From: Felis catus
Taxonomy: Eukaryota
Assembly: GCF_018350175.1 (NCBI RefSeq)
Contig: NC_058368.1
Span: 235,292,001-235,356,000 of the forward strand
Direction: 5' to 3'
DNA: 64,000 nucleotides
Shown here: in pieces, positions 63,007 through 64,000 of the stretch
Layout of the letters: every line of letters starts with the position of its first letter
Position numbering within the stretch: position 1 is the first letter of the stretch
Program-made: the position numbers and the translations under genes
Notes under the pieces: generated by a model
Seen by the model: the letters and a program-made list of their open reading frames with translations, nothing else
What the model was told of the DNA's origin: nothing
The model's database searches: none

Positions 63007-64000
63007 AAAAGTATCTGTAATAATCTCTGTTCAATATACGTACAGGCAAGATCACAATTCCTAGAAACAATTATTTCACGTGCCATTTATAACACAGCAA
63101 TAAAAATTTTTACTACGTTATTCTATTTACCATACCATGTACCTAAAGTCAAAACACCTACTTCTCTAAATTGAAACAAGGTATTCAATTAAATACAGAT
63201 TAATATGAAATTCCAAGAATAAACACAAGGTAACATTCAACCAACGAGCAACACCTCCAATCCTGTGAGTAACAAAATCCTGAAACAACTACCCTGGATT
63301 TCTCAGATGGTCCCCAGCATAATTCCAGCAAACAAGAGTTTAGGTTCTTGCACAAACCATCTACCACTACACTTAATGAGCAAGGAGAAGAGAAACACCG
63401 GGAGAACAGGAAATCTAGACGACCTTACTCTGACAGCGTCCATGGTATGATCACTTCACCCCCATCTCATGCTGCCAGGAAAGCGTGCTAAAAGAACAAA
63501 ACAATTATCCCTTTAAATTTCACCTCCTGGAAGTTTCCACGTTTACAGCACAATGTGGCAGATGTCTACAACATCACACCTCCATCCTCCTCCCAGAATA
63601 CAGACTGCTCCAGATCAAGGACTATATTCACTCTTACCAGTCTTTGCAAGAAAGCAAAGTTCAAAAATATCGAAAGGAAAAATAAAATATACTCTCTGCC
63701 CTTCAGAAAAAGGAAATAAACTTAACACAACAACCAGAATTACACAAAAAAGTAGGAAATGAAGTTACAAAATAAAGCCATTTAAACCTGCACCACGAGC
63801 ACCGTGGGCTGCGAGAGCAAGCTACTGCCCACGCGAGGTACAGAAGTCCGTACTTGGGACCAACGCCAAGCACGCAGCTAGGCCGCAGAGGATCAGAGCA
63901 CAGAACGCACATTCAAGAATTAAGCCCGAGGCTTACCAGTTTTTAATAAACTATTCTAACAATTTTGACTTTAAAATGTGACAAGTTTTTGAAAAGTAAA

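Noticed and set aside
63931..63945. Strong minus-strand donor CTG|GTAAGC near the window end as the missing ICE1 exon
   Set aside because: The upstream bases do not encode the expected NLLTEYQKKCD peptide; at most a cryptic site.
1..64000. CRISPR arrays, operons or other prokaryotic systems
   Set aside because: Mammalian DNA; no regularly spaced repeat-spacer structure seen.

Overview
Felid (cat-family) genomic DNA, judged from abundant Can-SINE (SINEC_Fc-type) and carnivore L1 copies; the region is unusually GC/CpG-rich. Positions ~21.4-64.0 kb hold the 3' 16 coding exons of ICE1 (KIAA0947, scaffold of the little elongation complex) on the minus strand. All exons chain in frame from a 19-nt microexon at 62680-62698 through a 4764-nt exon (38838-43601) to the stop codon at 22309-22311, followed by a ~0.9-kb 3'UTR with tandem AATAAA signals. 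The first exons and promoter lie beyond the right edge. Positions 1-21.4 kb are intergenic and made of MaLR/ERVL LTRs, old and young L1, a solo ERV LTR and SINEs. The most interesting signals are a probable minor-spliceosome (U12, AT-AC) 3' splice site in front of the ICE1 microexon, a stop-free in-frame 222-nt intron, two Pumilio elements in the 3'UTR, a ~600-bp AT array grown inside an L1 tail (bounded by its TSD), a 26-bp perfect palindrome in a 42-bp Z-DNA-type tract, and AT-to-GC drift in repeats. I see no evidence for a wholly new gene system. Exon numbers and repeat family names come from recalled human ICE1 and consensus sequences, not from a database search.
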